Part shown: positions 1 to 9,778 of the stretch, piece by piece
Position numbering within the stretch: position 1 is the stretch's first letter
Layout of the letters: each line of letters opens with the position of its first letter
Source: Candidatus Saccharimonadota bacterium
GTDB taxonomy: Bacteria; Bacillota_I; Bacilli_A; Mycoplasmatales; Hepatoplasmataceae
DNA: 32,000 nucleotides
Direction: 5' to 3'
Assembly: GCA_027925225.1 (NCBI GenBank)
Contig: AP027131.1
Coordinates: 1 to 32,000 of the forward strand
Made by a program: the position numbers and the translations under genes
Notes under the pieces: model-generated
The model's input: only the letters and a program-made list of their open reading frames with translations
What the model was told of the DNA's origin: nothing
The model's database searches: none

Positions 1-9
1 TTATTAATA

Positions 10-23
10 AGTTTTTAACAAAA
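10..23 (+). repeat. Copy 1 of the 14-nt repeat AGTTTTTAACAAAA, upstream of dnaA. Candidate oriC element or degenerate DnaA-box cluster.
   Basis: An identical 14-mer recurs at 1526-1539 in the dnaA-dnaN spacer. Both copies are followed within about 15 nt by (C)TTAATAA. Confidence 0.5.
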
Positions 24-83
24 ATGTTAATAAGTTTATTTCTTTCTTTTATTTTTTTTTGTAAAAAAACTTAAATATAATAA

Positions 84-92
84 TGTGGATAA
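84..92 (-). promoter_or_regulatory. Perfect consensus DnaA box (TTATCCACA on the minus strand, TGTGGATAA as written).
   Basis: Exact 9/9 match to the canonical DnaA box, 9 nt upstream of the dnaA ATG at 101. It is flanked by T9-10 and A7 runs at 41-70. Confidence 0.75.
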
Positions 93-100
93 ATTGAATT

Positions 101-1468
101 ATGGAAAAATTAAGTCTTATTTGAAAAAATATTTATGAATCAGTTGCGATAGAAGAAGAACAAAAATTAACTTTTGAGTTGATGATGACTGATACAAATT
201 TAGAAAAAATTGACGATTCTAATAAATTAATGGTGATTACAACAAAGAATAAAATTGCCGAAGTGATTATTAAAAATGATTTTTATAATCTATTAATTAA
301 TGCAATAAATAAAAATTATCTTGATTATAAATTAGAAATTTTTTATAAAGATGAATATTCAAAAAATAAAAAAAATAATAAAGAAGAAAAAATAGAAATA
401 AAAACAAAAGATAATTATGAACCTAATGAAAGATTTACTTTTGATAATTTTATAGCTTCAAAAGATAATAAATTACTTTATAAAGCTGCTATTACAATTT
501 CAAAAAATAGATCTAAAAGTTGAAATCCTTTTTTTATTCATGGAAAAAGTGGACTTGGAAAAACTCATATTCTTCATGCAATAGCAAATAATGCAAAAGA
601 GCAAAAAAGTTATAAATCAATAAAATACATAGAAGCAAAAGATTTTGGACAAATTGTTGTAAGAGCAACAATCTCGGGAGACAGAAATGTTGATAAAAAT
701 TTAGAAGAAATAAAAAATGAATTTTTAAATTACGATTTGCTTTTAGTAGATGATATTCAATTCATTCAAAATAGAAATAAAACAAAAGAAATTTTCTTTT
801 CTATTTTTGATAATTTTATTAAAAGTGATAAAAAAAATAAACAAATTGTTGTAGCTTCAGATCAAGAACCTGAAGATTTAGTAAGTTTTGAAGAAAGATT
901 TATTACAAGATTTAAAAAAGGGTTGCTTTTAGGAATTACTCCTCCAGATAAAGAAACTGCAATTGAAATTTTAAAAATGAAAATTAAAAATCTTGAAGGA
1001 TTAAATGAAATAAAAATAAAAGATGATGCTGTTGAATGAATTGCTGTAAATTATGGAAAAAATGTTAGATTTCTTGAAGGAGCTTTAAATAAATTACTTC
1101 TTTTTTCTATCAATGAAGATAAAAATGATTTTGAAATTAATTTAAGTGATGTGGTTAATATTTTTAAAGAATCAAATTCAATAAATAAACATATTACAAA
1201 GGAAAATATAATATTCACAATTTCAAAATATTTTGGAATTTCAAAAAGTGATTTACTAGGACCAACAAGAAAAAAAGAAATTGTTTTTGCAAGAAATATA
1301 TCAATTTATCTAATAAGAGAATTAATGAATGATTCTCTTATAGAGATTGGAAGATTTTTTAAAAGAGATCATTCTACAATAATTGTTTCTTTAAATAAAA
1401 CAAAAAATACAATAAATACTAATATTAAATTAAATGAAACAATTCAAGAAATTAAAAAAATGTTATAA
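101..1468 (+). CDS. dnaA: Chromosomal replication initiator DnaA (455 aa). Fuses track ORFs 179-523, 737-1039 and 1151-1468 through in-frame TGA codons.
   Basis: N-terminus MEKLSLIWKNIYESV. Walker A FIHGKSGLGKTH, Walker B LLLVDDIQF, and C-terminal DNA-binding signature IGRFFKRDHSTIIVS. All segments are in frame 2 with only TGA between them. Confidence 0.95.
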
Positions 1469-1525
1469 ACATTACATTAATATTTTATTAATATAGTTTA
1501 ATCAAATAAAACATACTTAAGATAG

Positions 1526-1539
1526 AGTTTTTAACAAAA
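1526..1539 (+). repeat. Copy 2 of AGTTTTTAACAAAA, in the dnaA-dnaN intergenic spacer.
   Basis: Identical to 10-23. Followed by TTAACATGCTTAATAA, compare ATGTTAATAAG after copy 1. Confidence 0.5.
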
Positions 1540-1592
1540 TTAACATGCTTAATAATAATAATAAATAAAAATTAATATTATATGAGGTAAAA

Positions 1593-2711
1593 ATGAAATT
1601 TAAAATAAAGACAGATGAAATAAAAAAAATATCTAAAAAAATAGTAATTCCTTCTACAAATTTAATAAATAAAATTGAATTTACAGGAATTTTAATAAAT
1701 GTTTTTAAAAATAAAATAACATTTGAAACAAAAGGAGAATTTCTTTCATTAAAAGCTATTTTGAAAAAAGATTTTGAAATATTTAAAGAAGGAAAAGTAT
1801 TAGTAAAATCAAAATTATTTAATGAAATTATTTCTAAAATAACAGATGAATTTGTTGAAATACATACAATGGGTGATAATGTTTTAATTATTAAATCTGA
1901 AAATTATGAATATGAATTAAATTTAATGAATTCAAAAGAATTTGAAGAAGAAAATTTCAATGTTGATTCAAAAGACTTTTTCATTTTAAGTTACCAAAAG
2001 TTTTTTAAATTATTTAAGGGTGTTATTTTTTCGGGAGACATATCTGCACCAAGAAGAATTTTACAAGGTGTTAATTTAGTAATAGAAAACGGGATTATAA
2101 AAACAAGTGCTACAGATAACACAAGAGCAACAATTTTAAAATTAAGTTTTAATGATCAAAATTTAAATTTAAATAAAATAATTCCTATAAAAGTAATTCA
2201 AGAAAATCTAAATATTTTTGAATCATCAAAAGAATTAAATATTTTATTTAGTCATAATAAAATTTTAATTACATCTGAAAATTTTATTTCAAAAGGAAAT
2301 TTAATCGAAGGCGTATTTCCTAATGTTGAAAAAATTTTTCCAATAAAATTTAAAAATTACTTAGATATAAGCAAACAAGAAATTTTAAATTTAATTGATG
2401 GAACAACAGTAATAAATTTTAATAAAAATTCAGATACTAATGTTATAAAATTTCTTTTTGATAAAAATGAAATAATAGTTGAATTTAGAGAACTAGAAAT
2501 TGGTTATTCTAGTTTAAAAACAAAAAAATTTGATTTTCAAGGTGAGAAGAATTTTTTTATTAGTTTTAATCCAAGATTACTTAGAGAAGCAATAACTAAT
2601 TTAGATGCAGAGAAAATAAAAATAGGATTTAATGATTCAAATTCTCCTTTTGTAATATTTGGAAAAGATAGTAATTTTAAAAGTTTAATTCTTCCTTACT
2701 TAATGAGTTAA
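1593..2711 (+). CDS. dnaN: DNA polymerase III beta sliding clamp (372 aa).
   Basis: Position immediately after dnaA, typical clamp length, an ATDNTRA block resembling the ATDghRLA clamp motif, and RBS GAGGTAAAAATG. Confidence 0.85.
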   Translation: MKFKIKTDEIKKISKKIVIPSTNLINKIEFTGILINVFKNKITFETKGEFLSLKAILKKDFEIFKEGKVLVKSKLFNEIISKITDEFVEIHTMGDNVLIIKSENYEYELNLMNSKEFEEENFNVDSKDFFILSYQKFFKLFKGVIFSGDISAPRRILQGVNLVIENGIIKTSATDNTRATILKLSFNDQNLNLNKIIPIKVIQENLNIFESSKELNILFSHNKILITSENFISKGNLIEGVFPNVEKIFPIKFKNYLDISKQEILNLIDGTTVINFNKNSDTNVIKFLFDKNEIIVEFRELEIGYSSLKTKKFDFQGEKNFFISFNPRLLREAITNLDAEKIKIGFNDSNSPFVIFGKDSNFKSLILPYLMS

Positions 2712-2750
2712 AATAAGTTTAATTACCTTATTTAGAAAGAATGATAAAAA

Positions 2751-2972
2751 ATGCCCATTTGAGCTATAGTTCTTGTTTCTGTTATAGGTTTCATAATTTT
2801 TATTTTAATTTTATGATCGCTTGGAAAAGAAACAGTTTTCTTTATTTTTAATAGGATTTTAATTCCTATACTTGTAGTTGCAGCTATAATAGCAGCTGTA
2901 TTTTTTATTGGCGTTGCGCTTTTAGATACTTATTTTGGTACTAATATATGAGATTCTTTAAATTGATTTTAA
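2751..2972 (+). CDS. Small hypothetical membrane protein of 73 aa with two predicted TM helices and four TGA-Trp codons. Invisible in the standard-code track.
   Basis: Manual table-4 translation: MPIWAIVLVSVIGFIIFILILWSLGKETVFFIFNRILIPILVVAAIIAAVFFIGVALLDTYFGTNIWDSLNWF. An in-frame TAA lies 2 codons upstream of the ATG. Confidence 0.55.
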
Positions 2973-3044
2973 TTTTAAAAATAAGAAAAAAATATAAAAT
3001 AATATAACTTTAATAATAATAAAAATTTTAAAAAAGGAAATAAT

Positions 3045-3596
3045 ATGGAGAAAGAAGTAAAGGGTATTTTTGAAAAAACAGAATTAGCACATTATGTTTC
3101 TTTACTTTACGAAAAAGAATATAATGAAAAAATTTCTTCAATAAAACTTCAAAAATCAATTTATTTTTTATTTGCATATTGAGCAGGATTTGGCAAAAAA
3201 TTATCAGAAGAAATAAAAGAAAAAAAAGAAAAAGGAAAAATAAATGAAATTTATCTTTTTAAAAATCCTAGATTTCAGGCAAGACAATTTGGACCTGTAG
3301 AGATTGATATTTTTTCAGAATATAATGAAAATATAAAATTATCAGATATCGAAAACATCAATGAATCGATTGAAGATATTAGTAAAAAATTAAAAAAAAT
3401 AAATTCAGAAGCAAAAAATTTTGTCGATTCTTTTTTAACGAAAAATATTTTTAAAATTAGTGATTTTTCACTTGCGATAAGAAGTCATAAAGATTTATCT
3501 TGAAAAAAAGCATGAAAAACAAAAGAAAATAAAAACAAATTTATATCATCAGAAAAAATTGTTGAAGAATATTTTAAAAAATATTTAAATGATTAA
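3045..3596 (+). CDS. Panacea / DUF4065 (SocA/GepA-like) domain protein of 183 aa. Candidate antitoxin.
   Basis: Table-4 translation gives the family's two hallmark blocks, SSIKLQKSIYFLFAYW and RFQARQFGPVEIDIFSEY (compare KLQKLLYF...F.AW.yGPV). RBS AAAAAGGAAATAATATG. Three TGA-Trp codons. Confidence 0.65.
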
Positions 3597-3602
3597 TTTT
3601 AA

Positions 3603-3839
3603 TTAAATATAGATCTAGATTTTTGCAAAAACGATGATATTGATTTTACAGATATTTTTAATGAAGAAGAAATTGAAGATTTAATTCCTAATTCTTTAGA
3701 AAAATTTTCAAAAATAAATAAAATTTTGATTAAATCATGCGCTAAAAAATCTTTTAAACTTGAAAAATATATGTTTACAAATAAATTAAGCAATTATAAA
3801 GTAAATTATGGAAGAAATAAGTTTCATGAAAAGATATAA
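3603..3839 (+). CDS. Start-less 78-codon ORF in the same frame as the Panacea ORF, separated from it only by TAA-TTT-TAA. Either a decayed C-terminal tail or a small gene with a non-canonical start.
   Basis: Frame-0 translation: LNIDLDFCKNDDIDFTDIFNEEEIEDLIPNSLEKFSKINKILIKSCAKKSFKLEKYMFTNKLSNYKVNYGRNKFHEKI. No ATG, GTG or TTG occurs before the codon-56 ATG. The track's minus-strand ORF 3599-3793 mirrors it. Confidence 0.25.
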   Translation, partial: LNIDLDFCKNDDIDFTDIFNEEEIEDLIPNSLEKFSKINKILIKSCAKKSFKLEKYMFTNKLSNYKVNYGRNKFHEKI

Positions 3840-3958
3840 AAGATTTTTTGAATCCATTAGTCAAAAAAACCGATAAATAAGATTTCTAATTTTTTGTTTT
3901 ATAATAAAAGTATCTTTAATATTATTTTTTAAGATTTTAATTAGTGTTTATTTGTGTT

Positions 3959-5299
3959 ATGGATACAATATTTTCTTTAGTTACAAAACCCATAAATCAA
4001 AATGTTGGGATAATAAGAATTTCAGGCCCTGAAACTTTTTTGCTTACAAAAAAAATCTTCCCTTTTACAAAATTAAATCATTCTACATTAGAAGTACATA
4101 AATTATTTTTAAATGACGAATTTATTGATGATGTAATTCTTTTAATTTTTGCTTCACCCAAATCTTTTACGGGAGAAGATACAATAGAAATTCAGTTTCA
4201 CGGTTCAATGTATATTGCTGATAAAATTCTTTCCTTTTTAGAAAAACAAGATGTTAGACAAGCGAAAGCTGGCGAATTTATGCAACAAGCATTTTTTAAT
4301 AATAAAATAGATTTAATTCAATCGGAAGCAATAAATGAATTAATAACAACTGAAGATAAACTTGTTGCTAAAAAAGCTTCAGAAAATATAAATAATAAAC
4401 AATCAAATGAATTAAAAGATATTTTAATTCATTTAGAAGATATCATTGCTCTTATTCAAGTAAGCATTGATTATCCTGAAAATACAGATTTACCAAAATA
4501 TAGTCATGAAGGAATTGGAAAAAAAGTAAAAAAATTAAAAGAAAATATCGAAAAAATATTAACTAATTCTAATAAATTATTAAATGCATCAAAAGGAGTA
4601 AAAATTGCTTTTATAGGATTTCCTAATGTTGGAAAATCAACCTTACTAAATTCTTTTTTAAAAAAGGAAAGAGCAATTACATCTAATATTGCAGGGACAA
4701 CAAGAGATTTAATTGAATCAATATTTTTTTTAGACGGTCTTAAAATTACACTTATAGATACAGCCGGAATTAGAAAAACAAATAGTATTTTAGAAAAAAA
4801 AAGTATTGAAAAAGCAATTTTAGCGACAAAAGAAGCAGATTTAATTTTTATGCTTTTAGATTCAACAAAAGATATTAAAAAACAAGAAGAAGAATTATTT
4901 AAGAATATTGATACAAATGATTTAAAAATAGTAAAAGTTCTTACAAAGATAGATAAAAATCAATCAAAAAGAAGTGAAAAAGATTATTTAAAAATTTCAG
5001 CACTAAATAATGAAATTTCTGAGATTATAGACTATATAAAATTATTTATTAAAAATGAAGTAATAAACTTCGAAGAAGAAGAAAAAGCAATTTTAATTAC
5101 AAGTTTTCAATTTGCGAATCTTCAAGAAATATTAGATTCATTAATTAAAATAGAAAGCTTTATTTTTGAAAAAGTTGAATTTGATTTAATAAGTTATGAA
5201 ATAGAAAGGGCGATGGATATAATTAAAAAAATTTTAGGAATTAAAAAAGATCCAAACTATTTAAATGATCTTTTTAGTAGATTTTGTATAGGTAAATAA
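3959..5299 (+). CDS. mnmE: tRNA modification GTPase MnmE (TrmE).
   Basis: MDTIFSLVT...GIIRISGPE N-terminus, G-domain motifs GFPNVGKSTLLN, TTRD and DTAGIR, and the invariant C-terminal FCIGK. ATG 3959 is preferred over the upstream GTG 3944. Confidence 0.93.
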   Translation: MDTIFSLVTKPINQNVGIIRISGPETFLLTKKIFPFTKLNHSTLEVHKLFLNDEFIDDVILLIFASPKSFTGEDTIEIQFHGSMYIADKILSFLEKQDVRQAKAGEFMQQAFFNNKIDLIQSEAINELITTEDKLVAKKASENINNKQSNELKDILIHLEDIIALIQVSIDYPENTDLPKYSHEGIGKKVKKLKENIEKILTNSNKLLNASKGVKIAFIGFPNVGKSTLLNSFLKKERAITSNIAGTTRDLIESIFFLDGLKITLIDTAGIRKTNSILEKKSIEKAILATKEADLIFMLLDSTKDIKKQEEELFKNIDTNDLKIVKVLTKIDKNQSKRSEKDYLKISALNNEISEIIDYIKLFIKNEVINFEEEEKAILITSFQFANLQEILDSLIKIESFIFEKVEFDLISYEIERAMDIIKKILGIKKDPNYLNDLFSRFCIGK

Positions 5300-5300
5300 T

Positions 5301-6071
5301 ATGAATAAAATAATAGACTCTCATACACATTTAATTAAAAGTTTTTATAAAGATAAATTTGATGATGTTTTAAAAAAAACATTGGATGAATTATTTTTAA
5401 TTGTTAATATTGGTTTTAACAAAAAAGCAATGAATGAAGTTTTAGAATTAAGCGAAAAATACAATAGTATTTATTCAGCAATAGGTTTTCATCCTTTAGA
5501 TGAAAAAGAATATAATGAGGATTCTAAAAATTTTTTAGAAGAAAATTTAAAAAGAAAAAAAGTTTTGGCTCTTGGAGAAATTGGACTTGACTATCACTAT
5601 CCTCCTTTTGATAAAGAAAGACAGAAGTTTGTTTTTAAAGAACAAATTGAACTTGCTAAAAAATTAAGTCTTCCTATTATTATTCACGCAAGAGATTCAA
5701 TTGATGATGTTTATGAAATAATAAAAGATTATCCCAATCAAAAGTTTCTATTGCACTCTTGAGGAATAAAATTAGAAGATTCTAAAAAATTTTTAGATTT
5801 AAAAAATACATGATACGGATTTAATGGAGTAATTACATTTTCTAGTACAAAATATTTGACAGAAATATTACAAAAAATTCCTTTAAATAGAATTATGTTT
5901 GAAACAGACTCTCCTTTTCTTACACCTGTTCCTTTTAGAGGAAAGAAAAATAGTCCTTATAATGTAAAACTTGTTTATGAATATTTTTCAAAAATAAGAA
6001 ATATTAAAGAAGAAGAATTAGAAAAAATAGTATTAGATAATTTTTCAGTTTTTTTTAATATAAAATTATAA
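5301..6071 (+). CDS. tatD: TatD-family metal-dependent hydrolase/DNase (256 aa). Fuses 5301-5762 and 5856-6071 via two TGA codons.
   Basis: IDSHTHL, GEIGLDYHY, IIHARD and FETDSPFLTP motifs. Starts 1 nt after the mnmE stop. Confidence 0.88.
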
Positions 6072-6073
6072 TT

Positions 6074-6850
6074 ATGGTTCAATATAAAAAAAATTTAGGA
6101 CAAAACTTTCTTATAGATTTAAATAAAATTAATGAAATAATAAATAATATTCCAAATTTAGATTTAAAAGGTGAAATTTTCCTTGAAGTAGGTCCAGGTA
6201 AAGGAGCGCTTACAAAGGAAATTACAAAAAGAAATTTTGTAATTGCAATTGAAATTGATAAAAAACTAACTGATTATTTAAAAGAAGAAATTAAAGAAAA
6301 TATTTGTCTTTTAAATCTTGATTTTTTAGATGTTAATTTAAAAAAATTACTTAAAAAATTTGAAAAAGTTAATTTTGTTTCAAATCTTCCCTACTATATT
6401 TCTACTAAAATTATTTTTAAAATTTTAGAAGAAGAGAAAATTCAAAATGTTTCAGTAATGCTTCAAAAAGAATTAGTAGAAAGAATTTTGGCAAAACCAA
6501 AAACAAAAACTTATGGAAGACTTTCTGTGAGCATCAATACTTTTTTTGAAATTAAAAAAGAAATAAGAGTACCAAAAGAATGTTTTTATCCAAAACCTAA
6601 AATAGATTCTTCTTTTATTATTTTGAAAAAAAAAGATATTAAAATTGATAAAATAAAATATTTAGCTTTTATAAAAGAATGTTTTGCTAACAAAAGAAAA
6701 ACATTATTAAATTCTTTAAAAAATAGTAATAGCATTTATTTAAATAAAGTAAAAGATTTTTTAGAGTTAAATAAGATAAATATTCTTACAAGAGCAGAAG
6801 AAATAAGCGTTAATTTTTATCTTTTAATGTGAGATTACATTAAGCAATAA
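6074..6850 (+). CDS. rsmA: 16S rRNA (adenine1518/1519-N6)-dimethyltransferase RsmA/KsgA.
   Basis: LGQNFL, SAM motif LEVGPGKGALT, and SNLPYYIST. Extends 6 codons past the track end through a TGA. Confidence 0.9.
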
Positions 6851-6953
6851 TAAAATTAAATAGTATAATAATAGACACTATATCATAGGAAAAATAAATA
6901 TTTTATGATAACTAGTTTATTTATAAATAAAGAAGGAATTTTAAATATTAATA

Positions 6954-7925
6954 GTGAAACAAGAGTATGTAGTATATGGTTTATCAGCAAGTAGAAATTT
7001 AGCAGAACATGTTGCTAAATTTCTTAAAAGAGATTTGGGTGCTGTAAAAGTTTCTACTTTTGCAGATGGTGAATTATTTATTCAAAATGAAACATCAGTA
7101 AGAGGTAAAATTGTTTTTGTAATTCAATCTACCTCAAATCCAGTAAATACTTCATTAATGGAATTACTTATTTTTGTTGACTCTTTAAGAAGATCATCAG
7201 CAAAAGAAATAAATGTAATTATTCCATATTTTGGTTATTCAAGACAAGATAGAAAAACTCATGGTAGACATCCAATTACCACTTCTCTTGTTGCGAGATT
7301 ATTGGAAGAAGCAGGAGTAGATAGAATGATTACTTTTGATTTACATGCTTCTCAGATTTTAGGTTTTTTCAAAATTCCTGTTGACGAACTTAAAGCATTC
7401 GGACTTCTTGGAACTTATTTAAAATCATTAAAAATAAAAGATTTAGTAATTGTTTCTCCAGACCACGGGGGACTTATAAGAACAAGACAACTTTCAAAAT
7501 ACTTAAATGCTCCAATTGCAATAATTGATAAAAGAAGAATTGGCATTAATGAAGTAGAAGCTATTTCAATGCTTGGTGAAGTAAAAGGGAAAAATTGTAT
7601 TCTTTATGATGATATTGTAGATACAGGCGGAACTATAATGGAAGCTTACAAAATTTTAAAGAAAAATGGTGCAAAAGATGTTTATGTTGCAGCAACACAT
7701 GGTATCCTTTCACAAAAAAACGGAGAAAAAGAAACAGTAGAACAAAAATTTAAAGATTTAGGAATTAAAGAATTGATTGTAACAAATTCCATAGAGATAA
7801 AAGAAAGCAAATTTCTTAAAGTTGTAGATTTAGCAAAACCAATAGCAGGTGTAATAGAAACTCATGTTAAAAATGAATCAATTACAGATTATTTTATTAA
7901 AAAATATAATGCTTTCTTTTATTAA
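6954..7925 (+). CDS. prs: Ribose-phosphate pyrophosphokinase (PRPP synthetase).
   Basis: GYSRQDRK, DLHASQ, and PRPP-binding DDIVDTGGT. GTG start preceded by AAGAAGGAA. Confidence 0.93.
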   Translation: MKQEYVVYGLSASRNLAEHVAKFLKRDLGAVKVSTFADGELFIQNETSVRGKIVFVIQSTSNPVNTSLMELLIFVDSLRRSSAKEINVIIPYFGYSRQDRKTHGRHPITTSLVARLLEEAGVDRMITFDLHASQILGFFKIPVDELKAFGLLGTYLKSLKIKDLVIVSPDHGGLIRTRQLSKYLNAPIAIIDKRRIGINEVEAISMLGEVKGKNCILYDDIVDTGGTIMEAYKILKKNGAKDVYVAATHGILSQKNGEKETVEQKFKDLGIKELIVTNSIEIKESKFLKVVDLAKPIAGVIETHVKNESITDYFIKKYNAFFY

Positions 7926-7969
7926 TTATTATTAAATAATTAATAAAAGATTAAATTAGGAAAAAATAA

Positions 7970-8884
7970 ATGGAAAAAGAACAAATTACTGCTACTGAAT
8001 TAGCAAAAATTAATGAAATAAGAAATTTATTTAATCCTTTTATTAAGGATATAAAATTAAATAAATTTAAAATAAAACATCTTCCAAATCATAAAAGTTA
8101 TTCTTTGTTTGGAATAATTTCAGATTATCTTATTAGATATTTATTTTTAAAAAAAATAAAAGAAAATTATTTAGTTGAATCTGATGATTTTATAAATAAA
8201 TTAACAGAAACAACAGAAGAAATAATAGCGTATAAAAGTTTTAATATACTTATAAATTATTCAAGTTATTATGATCCTGATAATATTCAAGAAAAAGAGT
8301 TTTCAAAATTTAAAGAAAGATTAAATGAAGAAATTTCTAATTATCTTTTTAAAAATGAAAAAGATTTATTTGAATTATTTAAAACAATTTATATTTTATC
8401 TATTTCAGATATTATTTTTAGAGTTGGCAAAAAAGAATATATTCTAAATTCTTTAAATAATTTTTTAGAATTTGAGGAATTTTTAAGTAATAAAAATAAT
8501 AAAAAATATGATAATCTTTTTGAAGATTTTAAAAATATTTATGAAAACTTAAATATTTTATTAAAAAATGATTTAAAAATAAAAAATTTTAAACTAAATC
8601 CTTCACTAGGATTAACTGAGTCAAATATATTAATAAAAGCAGATGCCGATCTTATTTTAGAAGATACATTGGTAGAAATAAAAACATCAAAAGATCCAAA
8701 TGTTAAAAATGATTATTTAGAACAGTTATTAATTTATGTGCTTCTGTATTTTAAAAAAACAGGTAAAATAATAAAAGATTTTAAAATAATAAATCCAAGA
8801 GCAACTAATTTAATTACATTTAAAATTAGTTGAGATAAAGATTTATATAACAATTTTAAAAATACTTTAAATAATTTTTTTTAA
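7970..8884 (+). CDS. Hypothetical protein with a RecB/Cas4-like PD-(D/E)xK nuclease core (304 aa).
   Basis: N-terminal ITATEL block and LFGIISDYLIRYL. C-terminal ADADLILEDTLVEIKTSK (D...E-x-K) followed by QLLIYVLLY (QxxxY). One TGA read-through adds 17 codons. Confidence 0.6.
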
Positions 8885-8898
8885 AAAAAGGAATTTTA

Positions 8899-9246
8899 AT
8901 GGAAGCATTATTACAAATATTTTTAAGTTTTTTAGTTTCTATTATTGCAGGAATTATTAGTAATTTTTTATTTTTTTGAATTCAAAAAAATAAAAAAAAA
9001 GATTTTTCTTTAAATAAAAATTTAATAAAATGAAAAAAAGAAATAAAAAACATTAATTCAAAAAATACACTACCAAAATCAATAAAAGAAATAGAAAATA
9101 ATAATTTTAATTTTGAAAAAATAAAACTTTCTAATAATTTATTTTTATTTCAAAAAATTTATAAAAATAAAGAAAAAGATGAATTAAAATATTTTTATTA
9201 TCTTTTATTTATTTTTATTTCAAATAATAAAAATAATGATTTTTAA
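8899..9246 (+). CDS. Small hypothetical membrane-anchored Lys/Asn-rich protein (115 aa).
   Basis: Table-4 ORF: MEALLQIFLSFLVSIIAGIISNFLFFW (N-terminal TM) followed by a K/N-rich tail. RBS AAAAAGGAA. The 3' end overlaps the upstream ATG of pth. Confidence 0.4.
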
Positions 9247-9256
9247 AAAAACAAAA

Positions 9257-9778
9257 ATGAAACTTATAGTAGGACTTGGAAACCCAGGAGAAAGATATAA
9301 AAATTCAAGACATAATTTAGGATTTATGATTATTGATTATTTTTGTAAAGAGAAAGGAATAAAAATTAGTAAAAAGAAATTTAATGGAATATATGAAAGA
9401 ATAAAAGAAAATAATCAAGAATATATTATTTTAAAACCTATGAGTTATATGAATAATTCAGGAGAAGTAGTTTATTTATTTGCAAGTTATTTTGCAATAG
9501 AACCAAAAGACATACTTATAGTTTATGATGATAAGGATATTTTATTTAATAAATATAAAATATCAAATAAAGGATCTTCTGCAGGTCATAATGGAGTAAA
9601 AGATATATTAAAGCATTTGGATAAAGATAATTTTACAAGACTTCGCTGTGGAATTGGTCCGGTAAATAATAAAAGAATAGAAGATTTTGTAATGGATGAT
9701 TTTTTAAAAAAAGAATTAAAAGAATTAGATTTAACAAAATATTTAAATTTAATATATTATTTTTTATACAATGAATAA
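9257..9778 (+). CDS. pth: Peptidyl-tRNA hydrolase.
   Basis: MKLIVGLGNPGERYKNSRHNLGF and GHNGVKDI motifs. An alternative upstream ATG exists at 9236. Confidence 0.92.
   Translation: MKLIVGLGNPGERYKNSRHNLGFMIIDYFCKEKGIKISKKKFNGIYERIKENNQEYIILKPMSYMNNSGEVVYLFASYFAIEPKDILIVYDDKDILFNKYKISNKGSSAGHNGVKDILKHLDKDNFTRLRCGIGPVNNKRIEDFVMDDFLKKELKELDLTKYLNLIYYFLYNE

Noticed and set aside
3599-3793. Minus-strand 64-aa ORF from the track.
   Set aside because: It is the antisense mirror of an open + strand frame in very AT-rich DNA. It has a low-complexity Ser/Ile/Phe-rich product and no RBS, and every supported gene in the window is on the + strand.
6875-6913. Inverted repeat TATCATAGGA...TTTTATGATA upstream of prs, considered as a riboswitch or terminator.
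   Set aside because: The short A/T-rich stem includes G-U pairs, has no T-run, and resembles no known riboswitch. It is likely fortuitous in this composition.
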